IMG/VR virus record: IMGVR_UViG_3300049009_000481
Coordinates: 1-31,516 of that record
Length of the DNA stretch: 31,516 nt
Reading direction: 5' to 3' (one strand)
Source of the DNA: a virus
Taxonomy: Duplodnaviria > Caudoviricetes
Made by a program: the position numbers and the translations under genes. Position 1 is the stretch's first letter, and each line of letters begins with the position of its first letter. Positions 8,171 through 17,111 of this stretch are shown here, piece after piece. The notes below the pieces were generated by a model. It did not search any database. It was not told the DNA's origin and saw nothing but the letters and a program-made list of their open reading frames with translations.

Positions 8171-8381
8171 GATGATGTCCTTAAAAAATACCAAGCTGTT
8201 ACGGCCGCCTGGATACGCCGCCAAAGAGCAGCACGCTGCCCTTTGGTTTCCTTCGCACTCGGCAGCCTTGGGGGCTGAGTCTTAGCGGTCTGGCCTTTTG
8301 TTTCCCTGGTCGGTACTACGTAATCGGCTGGTTCCCTTTTTGTATCCCGCTGGTCCTTTGCGGTGGGTCGTTAATGACCAC
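8171..8381 (-). ncRNA. putative structured 5' leader or small RNA of the early operon
   Basis: About 210 nt between promoter and DUF932 start with no SD-led ORF; several hairpins including CCAAAGGGCAG/CTGCTCTTTGG (8221-8246). Confidence 0.4.
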
Positions 8382-8387
8382 AACTCA

Positions 8388-8416
8388 AATGTAAGGACTA
8401 CGACATTGACTGTCAA
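8388..8416 (-). promoter_or_regulatory. strong early sigma70 promoter TTGACA-N17-TACATT
   Basis: Perfect -35, 17-nt spacer, AT-rich UP-like tract at 8421-8437; -35 lies within the palindrome CATTGAC-T-GTCAATG. Confidence 0.8.
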
Positions 8417-8506
8417 TGGCTTTTAAAAAATAATTAAAGATGTTGTAAAAACACCACAAATAAAGGGCCAGCATGTCGCAGAATCGCAACACCAAAAAGG
8501 ACAGGC

Positions 8507-8848
8507 ATGAAAACAGAAGGCGGAATTTATGTGTTGCGGTGCCCGGCAACACAGGCTGTGCGGTACGTTGGCCAGACGGTCAACTTTCAGACGAGGCGAT
8601 GGGTTTATCGGCACACCAATTGGCGGTTGGGGAAGCCGCTGCTGGCTTGGCTCAAGGCTTTGGCTGCAGAAAAGCAAAAGCCGGTATTTGAGGTGTGGCT
8701 GATTGCTGACGACCAACGCCTGAAAGATCGGATTGAAAGACGGCTGATTGCCGCTTACGGTGCCCACTTGCTGAACACAAACCTCGGCGGACGATTTATT
8801 GCTGAGCCGAGAAAAGTTCAGCCGATTTACATCATTGATGACGAGTAA
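8507..8848 (+). CDS. free-standing GIY-YIG endonuclease-like protein
   Basis: GIYVL...YVGQT, conserved R, E (IERRLI) and N (LLNT) of the GIY-YIG core. Confidence 0.8.
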   Translation: MKTEGGIYVLRCPATQAVRYVGQTVNFQTRRWVYRHTNWRLGKPLLAWLKALAAEKQKPVFEVWLIADDQRLKDRIERRLIAAYGAHLLNTNLGGRFIAEPRKVQPIYIIDDE

Positions 8849-8892
8849 GGTTGGCGTAAGTCTTGACTTGATTTTGGGTGGGAATTTTCCAC

Positions 8893-8947
8893 TTGACCGG
8901 CTTTTTGCGTTGCGCTAATATCTGCACGGGACCGTGCGTCTCAAAAT
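8893..8947 (+). promoter_or_regulatory. late promoter P1 TTGACC-N17-TAATAT with conserved leader motif
   Basis: Hexamers at 8893-8898 and 8916-8921; leader GGGAC-CGTGC-GTCTC-AAAAT. Confidence 0.7.
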
Positions 8948-8960
8948 CCCTGCAAAACCT

Positions 8961-8982
8961 GAGCCGCCAACGCGGCTCTTTT
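8961..8982 (+). terminator. promoter-proximal intrinsic terminator/attenuator
   Basis: GAGCCGC-caac-GCGGCTC-TTTT. Confidence 0.65.
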
Positions 8983-9002
8983 CACATCTGGAGCCCATCA
9001 AA

Positions 9003-9245
9003 ATGGCCAAGACAATCACAATCGAATTGGCCGATGACGGCACGATCACAGTCAACTCTGACGAGATGACCGAACCCTACCAATGCCAAAGCGCTGACGA
9101 ATGCGTTCAGTTCATTGGCAAGATGCTCGCCGAAGAATCGGGCGAGGCACCTGAAGAGCAAGCCACAGAAGGCAAAGAAGACTACGCCAAGATGTGGAAG
9201 CAAGAAGCGGCCAGCCGCAAACCCCAACCCGGCCTGATGGCCTAA
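9003..9245 (+). CDS. acidic hypothetical protein (80 aa, MAKTITIELADDG...)
   Basis: GGAG SD, ATG 9003. Confidence 0.75.
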   Translation: MAKTITIELADDGTITVNSDEMTEPYQCQSADECVQFIGKMLAEESGEAPEEQATEGKEDYAKMWKQEAASRKPQPGLMA

Positions 9246-9262
9246 TTTCAAAGGAGCCAATC

Positions 9263-9502
9263 ATGGCAATGCAAGACTACGCAACTCAACAAAGCCGCAA
9301 CCCAATCCGCGCAGCCGGCCCCGCTCTTAAGAGTGGTGCCTCCATCGGCGGTGGTGGCAACATGACCCAAGGCGCTGGCGAGCTGCCAGCCAAGGTGTCT
9401 GTACCCCTGCCAGGCACAAACGCTACGCAGCCAGCCTACAACGGCGGCAGCGCTAAAGCCCCCGCAGGCTTCAACAACGGCTTGATCAACGGAAAGATCT
9501 AA
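9263..9502 (+). CDS. Gly/Ala-rich low-complexity protein (79 aa)
   Basis: AAGGAG SD, ATG 9263. Confidence 0.75.
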   Translation: MAMQDYATQQSRNPIRAAGPALKSGASIGGGGNMTQGAGELPAKVSVPLPGTNATQPAYNGGSAKAPAGFNNGLINGKI

Positions 9503-9678
9503 TGCCGAGCAAGTCGCCAGCTCAGGCCCGCCTGATGGCGGCTGCCGCACACAACCCCGCCTTCGCAAAGAAGGTGGGGATTCCCACGTCCGTAGCACAA
9601 GACTTCAACAAAGCCGACACGGGCACCGGCCTCATACGAGGAGCAATGAGAGATGGCAACAAGAAAAAGAAGCGCTGA
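9502..9678 (+). CDS. small basic conserved phage protein (58 aa, MPSKSPAQARLMAAAAHNPAFAKKVGIP...)
   Basis: TAATG coupling to the upstream gene; recognisable motif; not in the ORF track. Confidence 0.85.
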   Translation: MPSKSPAQARLMAAAAHNPAFAKKVGIPTSVAQDFNKADTGTGLIRGAMRDGNKKKKR

Positions 9679-10120
9679 CCTAGCTGGCGCTCCCCCAAAG
9701 CTGGCAACGCTGGCAGACCTAGACATGCCAACGGCGGCCAAGACTGGCCGCACGCACGCAAAACAAATTACAAGTCAAGGCAAAGGCAAAGACCTGCGCA
9801 TCAACTTGAAAGCGGTCAGCGCTGCGCTGATCGACGAAGGCTTCGACCCCGCTGTTGAGATAACTAAGATTCTCAAAGGCGAAGTGCAGACCGACGACGC
9901 GGGCAAAGCAATGGTGCACCCAGTAACCGGCGAGGTAATGAGAACTTACCGCGTCGATGCTGACGTGCGTCTGCGCATGCTGAACGAGGTGCTGCAGTAC
10001 ACGCAGCCCAAGCTCAAAGCTGTTGAGATGAAAATCTCCGGCACGTTGGACCTGACCAGCGAACAGCTGGACAACCGGCTCAACATGCTGTTGGCCAAAG
10101 CGTCAAAGGGCAAGAAGTGA
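9653..10120 (+). CDS. terS: putative terminase small subunit
   Basis: Immediately upstream of and coupled to TerL; size fits; YTQPKLKAVEM..LTSEQLD tail. Confidence 0.65.
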   Translation: MATRKRSADLAGAPPKLATLADLDMPTAAKTGRTHAKQITSQGKGKDLRINLKAVSAALIDEGFDPAVEITKILKGEVQTDDAGKAMVHPVTGEVMRTYRVDADVRLRMLNEVLQYTQPKLKAVEMKISGTLDLTSEQLDNRLNMLLAKASKGKK

Positions 10121-11589
10121 TTGATCTGCAGCGCATTGACACCAGCCTGCTGAACGACGACGAAAAGCGCGAGCTGTACGAGCTGCTGCGCGTCAAGGAC
10201 ATCAAGGCCAAGCGCAACCGCTTGCTGACCTACGCGCCTTACGCCAAGCAGCGAGACTTTCACACAGCTGGCGCGACGTTCCGTGAACGCCTGTTCATGG
10301 CAGGCAACCAGCTTGGCAAGACCTGGGCAGGTGCATTCGAGATGGCGATGCACTTGACTGGCCGTTATCCATCTTGGTGGACCGGTCGGCGATTCAACTA
10401 CGCGATCCGCGCGATGTGCGGCTCCGAGTCAGCGGAGCTGACAAAGAAGGGCATTCAGCGCTTGATGCTTGGACCGCCTGAGATGCGGGAAGAGTGGGGC
10501 ACGGGCGCAGTGCCATGGGCCGCGCTGAAAGACACCAGCTTGAAACAGGGCGTGCCTGACGCGGTAGCCAGCATCGTGGTGCGCCACGAGTGCGGCGAAG
10601 ACAGCGTTTTGCAATTCAACAGCTATGACCAGGGCCGCACCAAGTGGCAGGCCGACACAGTCGACATCGTATGGTTTGACGAAGAGCCACCGCTGCCGAT
10701 TTACTCTGAAGGTTTGACACGTACCAACGCGACAGGCGGTCAGGTGTTTGTGACGTTCACGCCGCTGCTGGGCATGTCAGAAGTTGTCAAGCGGTTCTTG
10801 CTGGAAAAGCCAGCGGGCACGCACGTGACCAACATGACGATCAGCGACGCCGAGCACTACACCAAGGAGCAGGCCGACGCCATCATCGCAAGCTACCCAG
10901 AGCACGAGCGCGAAGCACGGGCAAAGGGCATTCCCATTTTGGGCAGCGGGCGAGTGTTCCCGGTTGTCGAGGACGCCATCAAGATTCGGGCCTTCCCGAT
11001 CCCAACGCATTGGCCGCGCATTGCCGCGATCGACTTTGGTGTGGATCACCCGACAGCCGCAGTGTGGCTGGCCTGGGACCGCGACCAGGACATTCTCTAC
11101 GTCACTGACTGCTATCGACGCAGCGAGCCCGGCATCGCTGGGCACTCGATGGCGATCAGGGCGCGCGGCGAATGGGTGCCACTGGCCTGGCCGCATGATG
11201 GCTTGCAACGAGACAAAGGTGGTAGCGGTGAGCAGCTGGCCAAGCAGTACAAGGACCAGGGGCTGAACATGCTGAAGGACCGTGTCATGTTTGAGGACGG
11301 AAGCAACGGCGTCGAAGCCGGTTTGTCTGAGATGCTGACACGCATGCAGACCATGCGCCTGCGCGTGTTCGCCCATCTGGAAGACTGGTTTGAAGAGTTC
11401 CGGCTGTACCACCGCAAGGACGGTATGGTCGTGAAGATCAGCGACGATTTGATGAGTGCAACCCGGTACGCCATGATGGGCCGCCGGTTTGCCAAGACTC
11501 AGGAAGAAGCCGAAGGCCGTATGCGCAATGGGCGCATGCCTGCACCAGTGCTGCCCTTCGGAATGTTTGACGAAGTTTCAGGATATTGA
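10117..11589 (+). CDS. terL: terminase large subunit (P22 gp2-like)
   Basis: YAKQ, Walker A MAGNQLGKT, Walker B VWFDEE, TFTP coupling motif, AIDFG and DDLMSATRY nuclease motifs. Confidence 0.95.
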   Translation: MIDLQRIDTSLLNDDEKRELYELLRVKDIKAKRNRLLTYAPYAKQRDFHTAGATFRERLFMAGNQLGKTWAGAFEMAMHLTGRYPSWWTGRRFNYAIRAMCGSESAELTKKGIQRLMLGPPEMREEWGTGAVPWAALKDTSLKQGVPDAVASIVVRHECGEDSVLQFNSYDQGRTKWQADTVDIVWFDEEPPLPIYSEGLTRTNATGGQVFVTFTPLLGMSEVVKRFLLEKPAGTHVTNMTISDAEHYTKEQADAIIASYPEHEREARAKGIPILGSGRVFPVVEDAIKIRAFPIPTHWPRIAAIDFGVDHPTAAVWLAWDRDQDILYVTDCYRRSEPGIAGHSMAIRARGEWVPLAWPHDGLQRDKGGSGEQLAKQYKDQGLNMLKDRVMFEDGSNGVEAGLSEMLTRMQTMRLRVFAHLEDWFEEFRLYHRKDGMVVKISDDLMSATRYAMMGRRFAKTQEEAEGRMRNGRMPAPVLPFGMFDEVSGY

Positions 11590-11597
11590 GGAACCAC

Positions 11598-13853
11598 ATG
11601 CAACCACAACAGATCGAAGTCGAGGTCCAAGACCCCGAGACCCTGCGCCAGCAGCAAGAAGACAAACTGCAATCGTTTGGGCATTCGATGTCTGCGCAGC
11701 GCGACGAGTGGATTCGTTCGCGCGACTCTGTCGGCGTTGACAAGCGCTGGATCGAGGACGAGGACCAATACAACTCCAAGGACAACGTCAACAAGGCAGC
11801 CAGCCAGATGATGACGTCGGTGGAGCAAGGCTATCCCGTGACCACGCAAAACGCCAAGCCTCACCGCTCGACAGTGTTCATTGGCATGACGCGCCAAAAA
11901 GCCAACGCGGCCGAGGCGCGGATCGCTGACATCTTGCTGCCGACCGACGATCGCAATTGGGGCATCAAGCCAACGCCAAACCCGGTCATGATGGGCCAGT
12001 CCAAAAGCAATGATCCGGCATTCAACAGCCAGAGCCAACCAATCGTTGGCGTGGACGGCAAGCCAACAATGCCAGGCCAGATGCCACCGCCCGGTGCGCA
12101 GCAGCTGCGCGTGCGCGACGTGGTCAAAGCGACCATGGAGTTGGCCAACAAAAAAGCCGAGGCCATGCAGCGCGAGATCGACGATCAGCTGGTCGAGTGC
12201 GACTACAACAGCGAGCTGCGCAAAGTGATCCACGACGCAGCCGTGCTGGGCACTGGCGTGATCAAGGGACCAGTCGTCACCAACCGCACACGCAAAGCCT
12301 GGCAGCCAATTACTGACGCCACCGGCCAGACCATTCACCAGATTGAAATCCTGGACGAGATGAGCCCCGCATCGTTCCGGGTTGACCCGCGTAACGTGTG
12401 GCCTGATCCAGGTTGTGGCGAATCCGTGCACAACGGCAAAGGCATATACGAACGCCAGCAGATGACAGCAAAGCAAATTCGTGACTTGGCCAAACAGCCA
12501 GGCTTCATGAAAGGCCAGCTGCGCAAGGTGCTGGAAGAAGGGCCCAAGCAGTCCGCCACTCTGCGTGAGCTGACCGACGAAGATCAGCGCGACGTTGCGC
12601 GCCTGACCTACGAGATGTGGACCTACTGGGGCGAAGTCGATCATGACGACCTCGAAGCAGCGGGCGTGCAGGTCGGTGAAAAGGACGAGCTGCGCACCAT
12701 CTCAGCCTGCGTGATCATGATCAACAACATCGTGGTCAAAGCGTATCTGAACCCACTGGAAGGTGGCGATCTGCCATACGACTTCTACGTCTGGGAAAAG
12801 GTTGCAGGCAGCGTCTGGGGCTACGGCATCCCGTACCTCATGCGCGCACAGCAACGAGTGCTGAACGCCGCATGGCGTCAGATGATGGACAACTCTGGCG
12901 TGTCCAGCGGTCCCCAGATCGTGGTCAAGCCCAACGTCATCCAACCTGCCGACAAGCAGTGGCAGCTGTCTGCCCGAAAGATCTGGTACGCAACCGACGA
13001 CGTGGACGACGTGAGCAAAGCCTTCACGACGTTCGAGTTCAACAGCCATCAGCCTGAGTTGGCAGCCATCATCAAGATGGCCACCGAGCTGGCCGACGCT
13101 GAGACCGGCGTGCCGACGATCATGCAAGGTGAAAAGGGCGCAGCGCCTGACACCGTGGGCGGCATGCAAATGCTGATGACCAGCGCCAACGTGGTGCTGC
13201 GCCGTTTGGTTAAGCAGTTTGACGACATGATCACCAAGCCGCACATCCACCGTTACTACGACTACAACATGATGTACAACGAGGACGAAGAGGTGAAGGG
13301 TGACTTCAGCATCGACGCCCGAGGCTCCAGCGCGCTGGTGGTCCGCGACATCCAGAACCAAGCGTTCTTGAACCTGTTGGCCGCCGGTGCAAACCCGGTG
13401 TACGGCATGTACCTGGACACGCAAAAGTTGTTTGAGAAAGCACTGCAAGCGCAGCACATCGACCCGGCTGAAGTCTTCAAACCTGAAGAAGAGATCGAGC
13501 AGATCAAAGAAGCGCAGAAGAAGGCAGCCGAGCAAGGCCCACCACCGAACCCAGCCCTGGCTGTGGCTCAGCTGCGCGCACAAGCCGAGATGCAGAAAAC
13601 CCAAGCCCAAAACCAAGGCGATCTGCAAGAGCTGCAAGTGAGGCAAGAGATTGCCAAGCAAGACGCCGAGCTGGCCATCATGCAGTTGCAGCTGACTCGC
13701 GAAATCGAGATGCTAAAGATGTCCAATCAGCAGAACATCAGCCTGGAAACCATCAAGGCCAAACTGGCAGACACCGCAATCAAAGAGCGCGGCCGCAAAG
13801 AACTCTTCGCAGCCGAGCAGCAACTCAAACTCAGCACCGGCTCCGGTATCTAA
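11598..13853 (+). CDS. portal protein with long C-terminal Q/E-rich barrel
   Basis: Follows TerL; HDAAVLGTGVIKGP, WGYGIP and helical tail; GAGGA SD before ATG 11598. Confidence 0.9.
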   Translation: MQPQQIEVEVQDPETLRQQQEDKLQSFGHSMSAQRDEWIRSRDSVGVDKRWIEDEDQYNSKDNVNKAASQMMTSVEQGYPVTTQNAKPHRSTVFIGMTRQKANAAEARIADILLPTDDRNWGIKPTPNPVMMGQSKSNDPAFNSQSQPIVGVDGKPTMPGQMPPPGAQQLRVRDVVKATMELANKKAEAMQREIDDQLVECDYNSELRKVIHDAAVLGTGVIKGPVVTNRTRKAWQPITDATGQTIHQIEILDEMSPASFRVDPRNVWPDPGCGESVHNGKGIYERQQMTAKQIRDLAKQPGFMKGQLRKVLEEGPKQSATLRELTDEDQRDVARLTYEMWTYWGEVDHDDLEAAGVQVGEKDELRTISACVIMINNIVVKAYLNPLEGGDLPYDFYVWEKVAGSVWGYGIPYLMRAQQRVLNAAWRQMMDNSGVSSGPQIVVKPNVIQPADKQWQLSARKIWYATDDVDDVSKAFTTFEFNSHQPELAAIIKMATELADAETGVPTIMQGEKGAAPDTVGGMQMLMTSANVVLRRLVKQFDDMITKPHIHRYYDYNMMYNEDEEVKGDFSIDARGSSALVVRDIQNQAFLNLLAAGANPVYGMYLDTQKLFEKALQAQHIDPAEVFKPEEEIEQIKEAQKKAAEQGPPPNPALAVAQLRAQAEMQKTQAQNQGDLQELQVRQEIAKQDAELAIMQLQLTREIEMLKMSNQQNISLETIKAKLADTAIKERGRKELFAAEQQLKLSTGSGI

Positions 13854-13862
13854 GGAAAAATC

Positions 13863-14657
13863 ATGGCAGACACAGCACTCACCCCCTCACAAGCAACCGA
13901 TATGATTTACCGGTCTATGCTGACCGGTGTCCCAACAGCTGAATTTGACGCAGCCGGCGGCTATCAAAAAGTTTATGATTTAGCAAAATCAAGTGGCGCA
14001 GATATGGGCAGACCCAGCGCGCAGGCTGTAATGCAATACGCGCCGTCAATTGGCGATTCTGGAAACCAGACATATAAACCGGGCTTTGATTTAGCCGCTA
14101 CCCTTGCTGCTCGTGGGGTGCCTGCTGATCAAATCCAAGCGGCGACAATTGATTTGAAAAACGGTGAAGTTAATTACTACCAACAAGCGCAAGACGCTTC
14201 ACTGGCTAATAGTCCCGGTTTCACAACGTTACAGGCGAAGTACGATGCCCTGATGGCAAAGCAAGCAGCAGCCGATGCGGCAGCTAACACGCCCAGCACT
14301 CCGGGCACGACAAAACCAGTTACGGGTAGCGCGGTTACCCCTGGCAGCACATACAACCCAAGCGCTGCCGTAGGTACGCATTCAGGCCTGATCAACAGTG
14401 CTGACACTTTGGGCAGCCTGGTAACGCAGCCGCTGTCTCAGACCGGGGCCAGCGGTTTGCTCACAGCCAATATGCTGGCCAAGCCTCAAGCGGCGCAAGT
14501 CGCTATGCCTGCAGGCACACCGGCAACCACGGGCTGGAACTTTGGCACAGCCAAGCCGACACCGGGTGTCGATACTTGGGTTAACGCGACCACGGGCCAA
14601 CGCATGACGTATCCGACGGGCAGCGTAGCTCCTGGCACAGGCTGGACAAAGCTGTAA
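13863..14657 (+). CDS. hypothetical Thr/Ala/Gly-rich protein, possibly internal virion protein
   Basis: TAAGGA SD; 264-aa ORF between portal and head module. Confidence 0.75.
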   Translation: MADTALTPSQATDMIYRSMLTGVPTAEFDAAGGYQKVYDLAKSSGADMGRPSAQAVMQYAPSIGDSGNQTYKPGFDLAATLAARGVPADQIQAATIDLKNGEVNYYQQAQDASLANSPGFTTLQAKYDALMAKQAAADAAANTPSTPGTTKPVTGSAVTPGSTYNPSAAVGTHSGLINSADTLGSLVTQPLSQTGASGLLTANMLAKPQAAQVAMPAGTPATTGWNFGTAKPTPGVDTWVNATTGQRMTYPTGSVAPGTGWTKL

Positions 14658-14698
14658 AGGCGGACAAACTCGGTGGTGTTTCGTACAAACAAAAAGTG

Positions 14699-14754
14699 TT
14701 GCATTCATACCACGATTTGCCCTACAATTTCTCTGGGCGAACTGCGCCCAAAAT
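14699..14754 (+). promoter_or_regulatory. late promoter P2 TTGCAT-N18-TACAAT with conserved leader motif
   Basis: Hexamers at 14699-14704 and 14723-14728; leader GGGCG-AACTG-CGCCC-AAAAT. Confidence 0.65.
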
Positions 14755-14759
14755 TTACC

Positions 14760-14786
14760 AAAGCCAGCCTAGAAGCTGGCTTTTTT
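14760..14786 (+). terminator. promoter-proximal intrinsic terminator
   Basis: AAAGCCAGC-ctagaa-GCTGGC-TTTTTT. Confidence 0.75.
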
Positions 14787-14790
14787 ACGA

Positions 14791-14994
14791 ATGATTGATT
14801 ACTCCTCACCGGCTTGGCACCAATTACGCAGATGGGCTGAAACCCAATTGCTGATTGCCAGGCAGAAGAACGATGCGGTCGGGCTCTCCGACCTAGAGAC
14901 CGCAGCGTTGAGGGGTGACATACGAACACTGAAAAGAATTCTCGACTTGCCCAATGCGGCAACTCGGGGTGTGGCGGCCGAGCCGGATTTCTGA
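14791..14994 (+). CDS. small pre-scaffold head-module protein (Bbp19-like position)
   Basis: SPAW..L..ETAALRGDIRTLKRILDLP pattern typical of the gene between portal and scaffold in podoviruses. Confidence 0.7.
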   Translation: MIDYSSPAWHQLRRWAETQLLIARQKNDAVGLSDLETAALRGDIRTLKRILDLPNAATRGVAAEPDF

Positions 14995-15015
14995 TCCCGC
15001 TAGGCCTTGTAAGTG

Positions 15016-15041
15016 GGCCGTCGAAAGACGGCTTTGTTTTT
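15016..15041 (+). terminator. intrinsic terminator directly upstream of the scaffold SD
   Basis: GCCGTC-gaaa-GACGGC-TTTGTTTTT. Confidence 0.7.
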
Positions 15042-15054
15042 GGAGAGCTAGAAA

Positions 15055-15975
15055 ATGGATGAAGAAACCCAACTGACTGCGGCACAAACGCAAGCAATGT
15101 GGAACGAAGAGGCCTCAAAACTGTCTGCCAGCGTTGACCCGCTCGCGGATGATTCCTTGGCCACTGCACCGGTAACGCTGCAGGACGACGAACCCGTTGA
15201 ACCTGAACTCCAGGTAGCGCAACAACCGGAGTTGGATGCCGATCCATACGCCGGACTATCGCCAACGATCCGAGCCAAACTGGAACAGATCGATGAGTTA
15301 GCCCAGGCAAATGCTCAACTGCTGCACCACGTAAAGACTACTGAGGGTCGCGTGGCGGCAATGCAACGAGAGGCACAGCAGGCCCGTCAAGCAGCAACGG
15401 CAGTTGCTCCGCAAGACGCGCCAACGCAAACAGCCATCGTTTCAGCCGCTAAAAACCCCGAGAAGTGGGAGCAGCTCAAGCAGGATTTCCCCGAATGGGC
15501 TGGAGCGATGGAGGAATACGTCGCGTCAAAGCTAGGTGGATCGCAACAGATGCAGAACATGATGACATCCGACCAGGTGTCCAACTACGTTCAGCAGCAA
15601 GTTGCGCAAACCCGAGCCGAGATGGGCCGCCTCCTAGAAGAGACCCGCATCGAAGCGAAGCACGACGACTGGCGCAACACGATCAACACGACCGAGTTTG
15701 CGCAATGGTTTGCTGTGCAATCGCCTACGACACGAGCGCTCGCCGATAGCCCGGCTGCGAAAGATGCGATCAAGATGCTTGACCAGTTCAGTGCAACAAG
15801 ATCAATCTCAGCAACGGAAATCAAGCAAGAGCGCGGAGCACGTCTCGCTGCAGCCGCGACAACTCGACCCGGGACGACCCCGCCGCGTAAAACGGTGGGT
15901 GACATGTCACCGGCAGAACTGTGGAACTATGAAGCCAAGAAACGTGAGCGAGAGCTTGCGGAACGCGGCTATTAA
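15055..15975 (+). CDS. capsid scaffolding protein
   Basis: Acidic N-terminus, coiled coil, LKQDFPE and HDDW motifs; directly before the MCP. Confidence 0.85.
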   Translation: MDEETQLTAAQTQAMWNEEASKLSASVDPLADDSLATAPVTLQDDEPVEPELQVAQQPELDADPYAGLSPTIRAKLEQIDELAQANAQLLHHVKTTEGRVAAMQREAQQARQAATAVAPQDAPTQTAIVSAAKNPEKWEQLKQDFPEWAGAMEEYVASKLGGSQQMQNMMTSDQVSNYVQQQVAQTRAEMGRLLEETRIEAKHDDWRNTINTTEFAQWFAVQSPTTRALADSPAAKDAIKMLDQFSATRSISATEIKQERGARLAAAATTRPGTTPPRKTVGDMSPAELWNYEAKKRERELAERGY

Positions 15976-16003
15976 CTCAATCTCAAGAAAAGGAAACTAG
16001 ACC

Positions 16004-17062
16004 ATGTCTATCCAAAATTACGGCACCGTAGCATCGCGAAACCTTATCCGCGCTGCCCAAGGTATGCTTGAACACGCCCAGCCAATCACCGTCCTCGGTG
16101 ACTTTGGTACCCAACGCGAAATGCCGCAAAACTCGACAGACACTTTGGTGTTTCGTCGTACCTTGCCTTTCGGCGCATCTGCCACCGGCACTGCGATTGA
16201 AGGCTCCAACCGTTACCAGGGCACTCCTGACATCACCGCATCCAGCTTCGTGCTGGCTGAAGGCGTCACACCCAACGCAAACACCATCTCCTTCCAGGAC
16301 GTGACTGTTCAGTTGCAACAATACGGCGTGCTGTTCAAGTACTCCAACAAAGTTGAGCAGCTGTACGAAGATGACATCCCCGGCGAAATGGTCAAGCTGA
16401 CTGGCGAGACCCTGGCTGAAGTGATGGAAATGGTTCGTTACGGTGTGTTGAAAGCCGGCTCGACAGTGGTGTACACAAACGGCTCTAGCCGCTCGGCCGT
16501 CAACACTGCCATCAGCTTGAACAGCATTCGTAAAGCAGCTCGTACGTTGGAATCCAACCGTAGCCGCCGCGTGACTAGCCGTTTGGCTCCAGGCGTGAAC
16601 TTCGGTACACGCGCTGTGCAACCTGCATACGTGGTGTTCTGCCACACTGACGCCGTGTCTGACGTGCGTAACTTGCCTGGCTTCACCCGCGTTGAAGAGT
16701 ACGGCTCGTTCAAGCCAATTCATGACCGCGAAATCGGTGCATGCGAAGACTTCCGCTTCATCAGCTCGCCGCTGTTGAAGTCCTTCGCTGGCGCTGGCTC
16801 CGGCACATTGAACGGCATGTTGTCGATCGGTTCTTCCAACGTGGACGTGTACCCCTTCATCGTTATCGGTGAAGACGCTTGGGGCCAAGTCGCTCTCAAG
16901 GGCATGTCTGCCATCAAGCCTGTGGTGCTCAAAGCATCGCAGACCAACCACGCTAACCCATTGGGCCAGTTCGGCTACGTGGGCGCTTCGACATGGTTTG
17001 CAACCGTGCGTCTGAACGACGCTTGGATGGCCCGTATCGAAGCCGGTGTGACCGCTCTGTAA
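16004..17062 (+). CDS. major capsid protein, N4-gp56 family
   Basis: MPQNSTDTLVFRR, LAEGVTP, QQYG, FCHTD, NPLGQFGYVG, LNDAWMARIE. Confidence 0.93.
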   Translation: MSIQNYGTVASRNLIRAAQGMLEHAQPITVLGDFGTQREMPQNSTDTLVFRRTLPFGASATGTAIEGSNRYQGTPDITASSFVLAEGVTPNANTISFQDVTVQLQQYGVLFKYSNKVEQLYEDDIPGEMVKLTGETLAEVMEMVRYGVLKAGSTVVYTNGSSRSAVNTAISLNSIRKAARTLESNRSRRVTSRLAPGVNFGTRAVQPAYVVFCHTDAVSDVRNLPGFTRVEEYGSFKPIHDREIGACEDFRFISSPLLKSFAGAGSGTLNGMLSIGSSNVDVYPFIVIGEDAWGQVALKGMSAIKPVVLKASQTNHANPLGQFGYVGASTWFATVRLNDAWMARIEAGVTAL

Positions 17063-17068
17063 TGACCA

Positions 17069-17090
17069 GGGGCTGAGGCAACTCGGCCCC
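17069..17090 (+). promoter_or_regulatory. stable GNRA hairpin after the MCP, without U-tract
   Basis: GGGGCTGAG-gcaa-CTCGGCCCC; likely mRNA stabiliser or processing site. Confidence 0.5.
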
Positions 17091-17111
17091 GTCTAACAAA
17101 AGGAAAACACT

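Noticed and set aside
8334-8365. CCAGCGGGATACAAA resembles the 3' half of a type I-E CRISPR repeat (possible RNA anti-CRISPR)
   Set aside because: Partial match only; stem, loop and 5' handle do not fit a repeat, and there is no array
3065-16951. Long antisense ORFs (e.g. 3065-4033, 5029-5805, 7256-7939, 11499-12644, 12702-13661, 15983-16951)
   Set aside because: They mirror confident genes on the opposite strand, an expected result of GC-rich codon bias; no recognisable motifs
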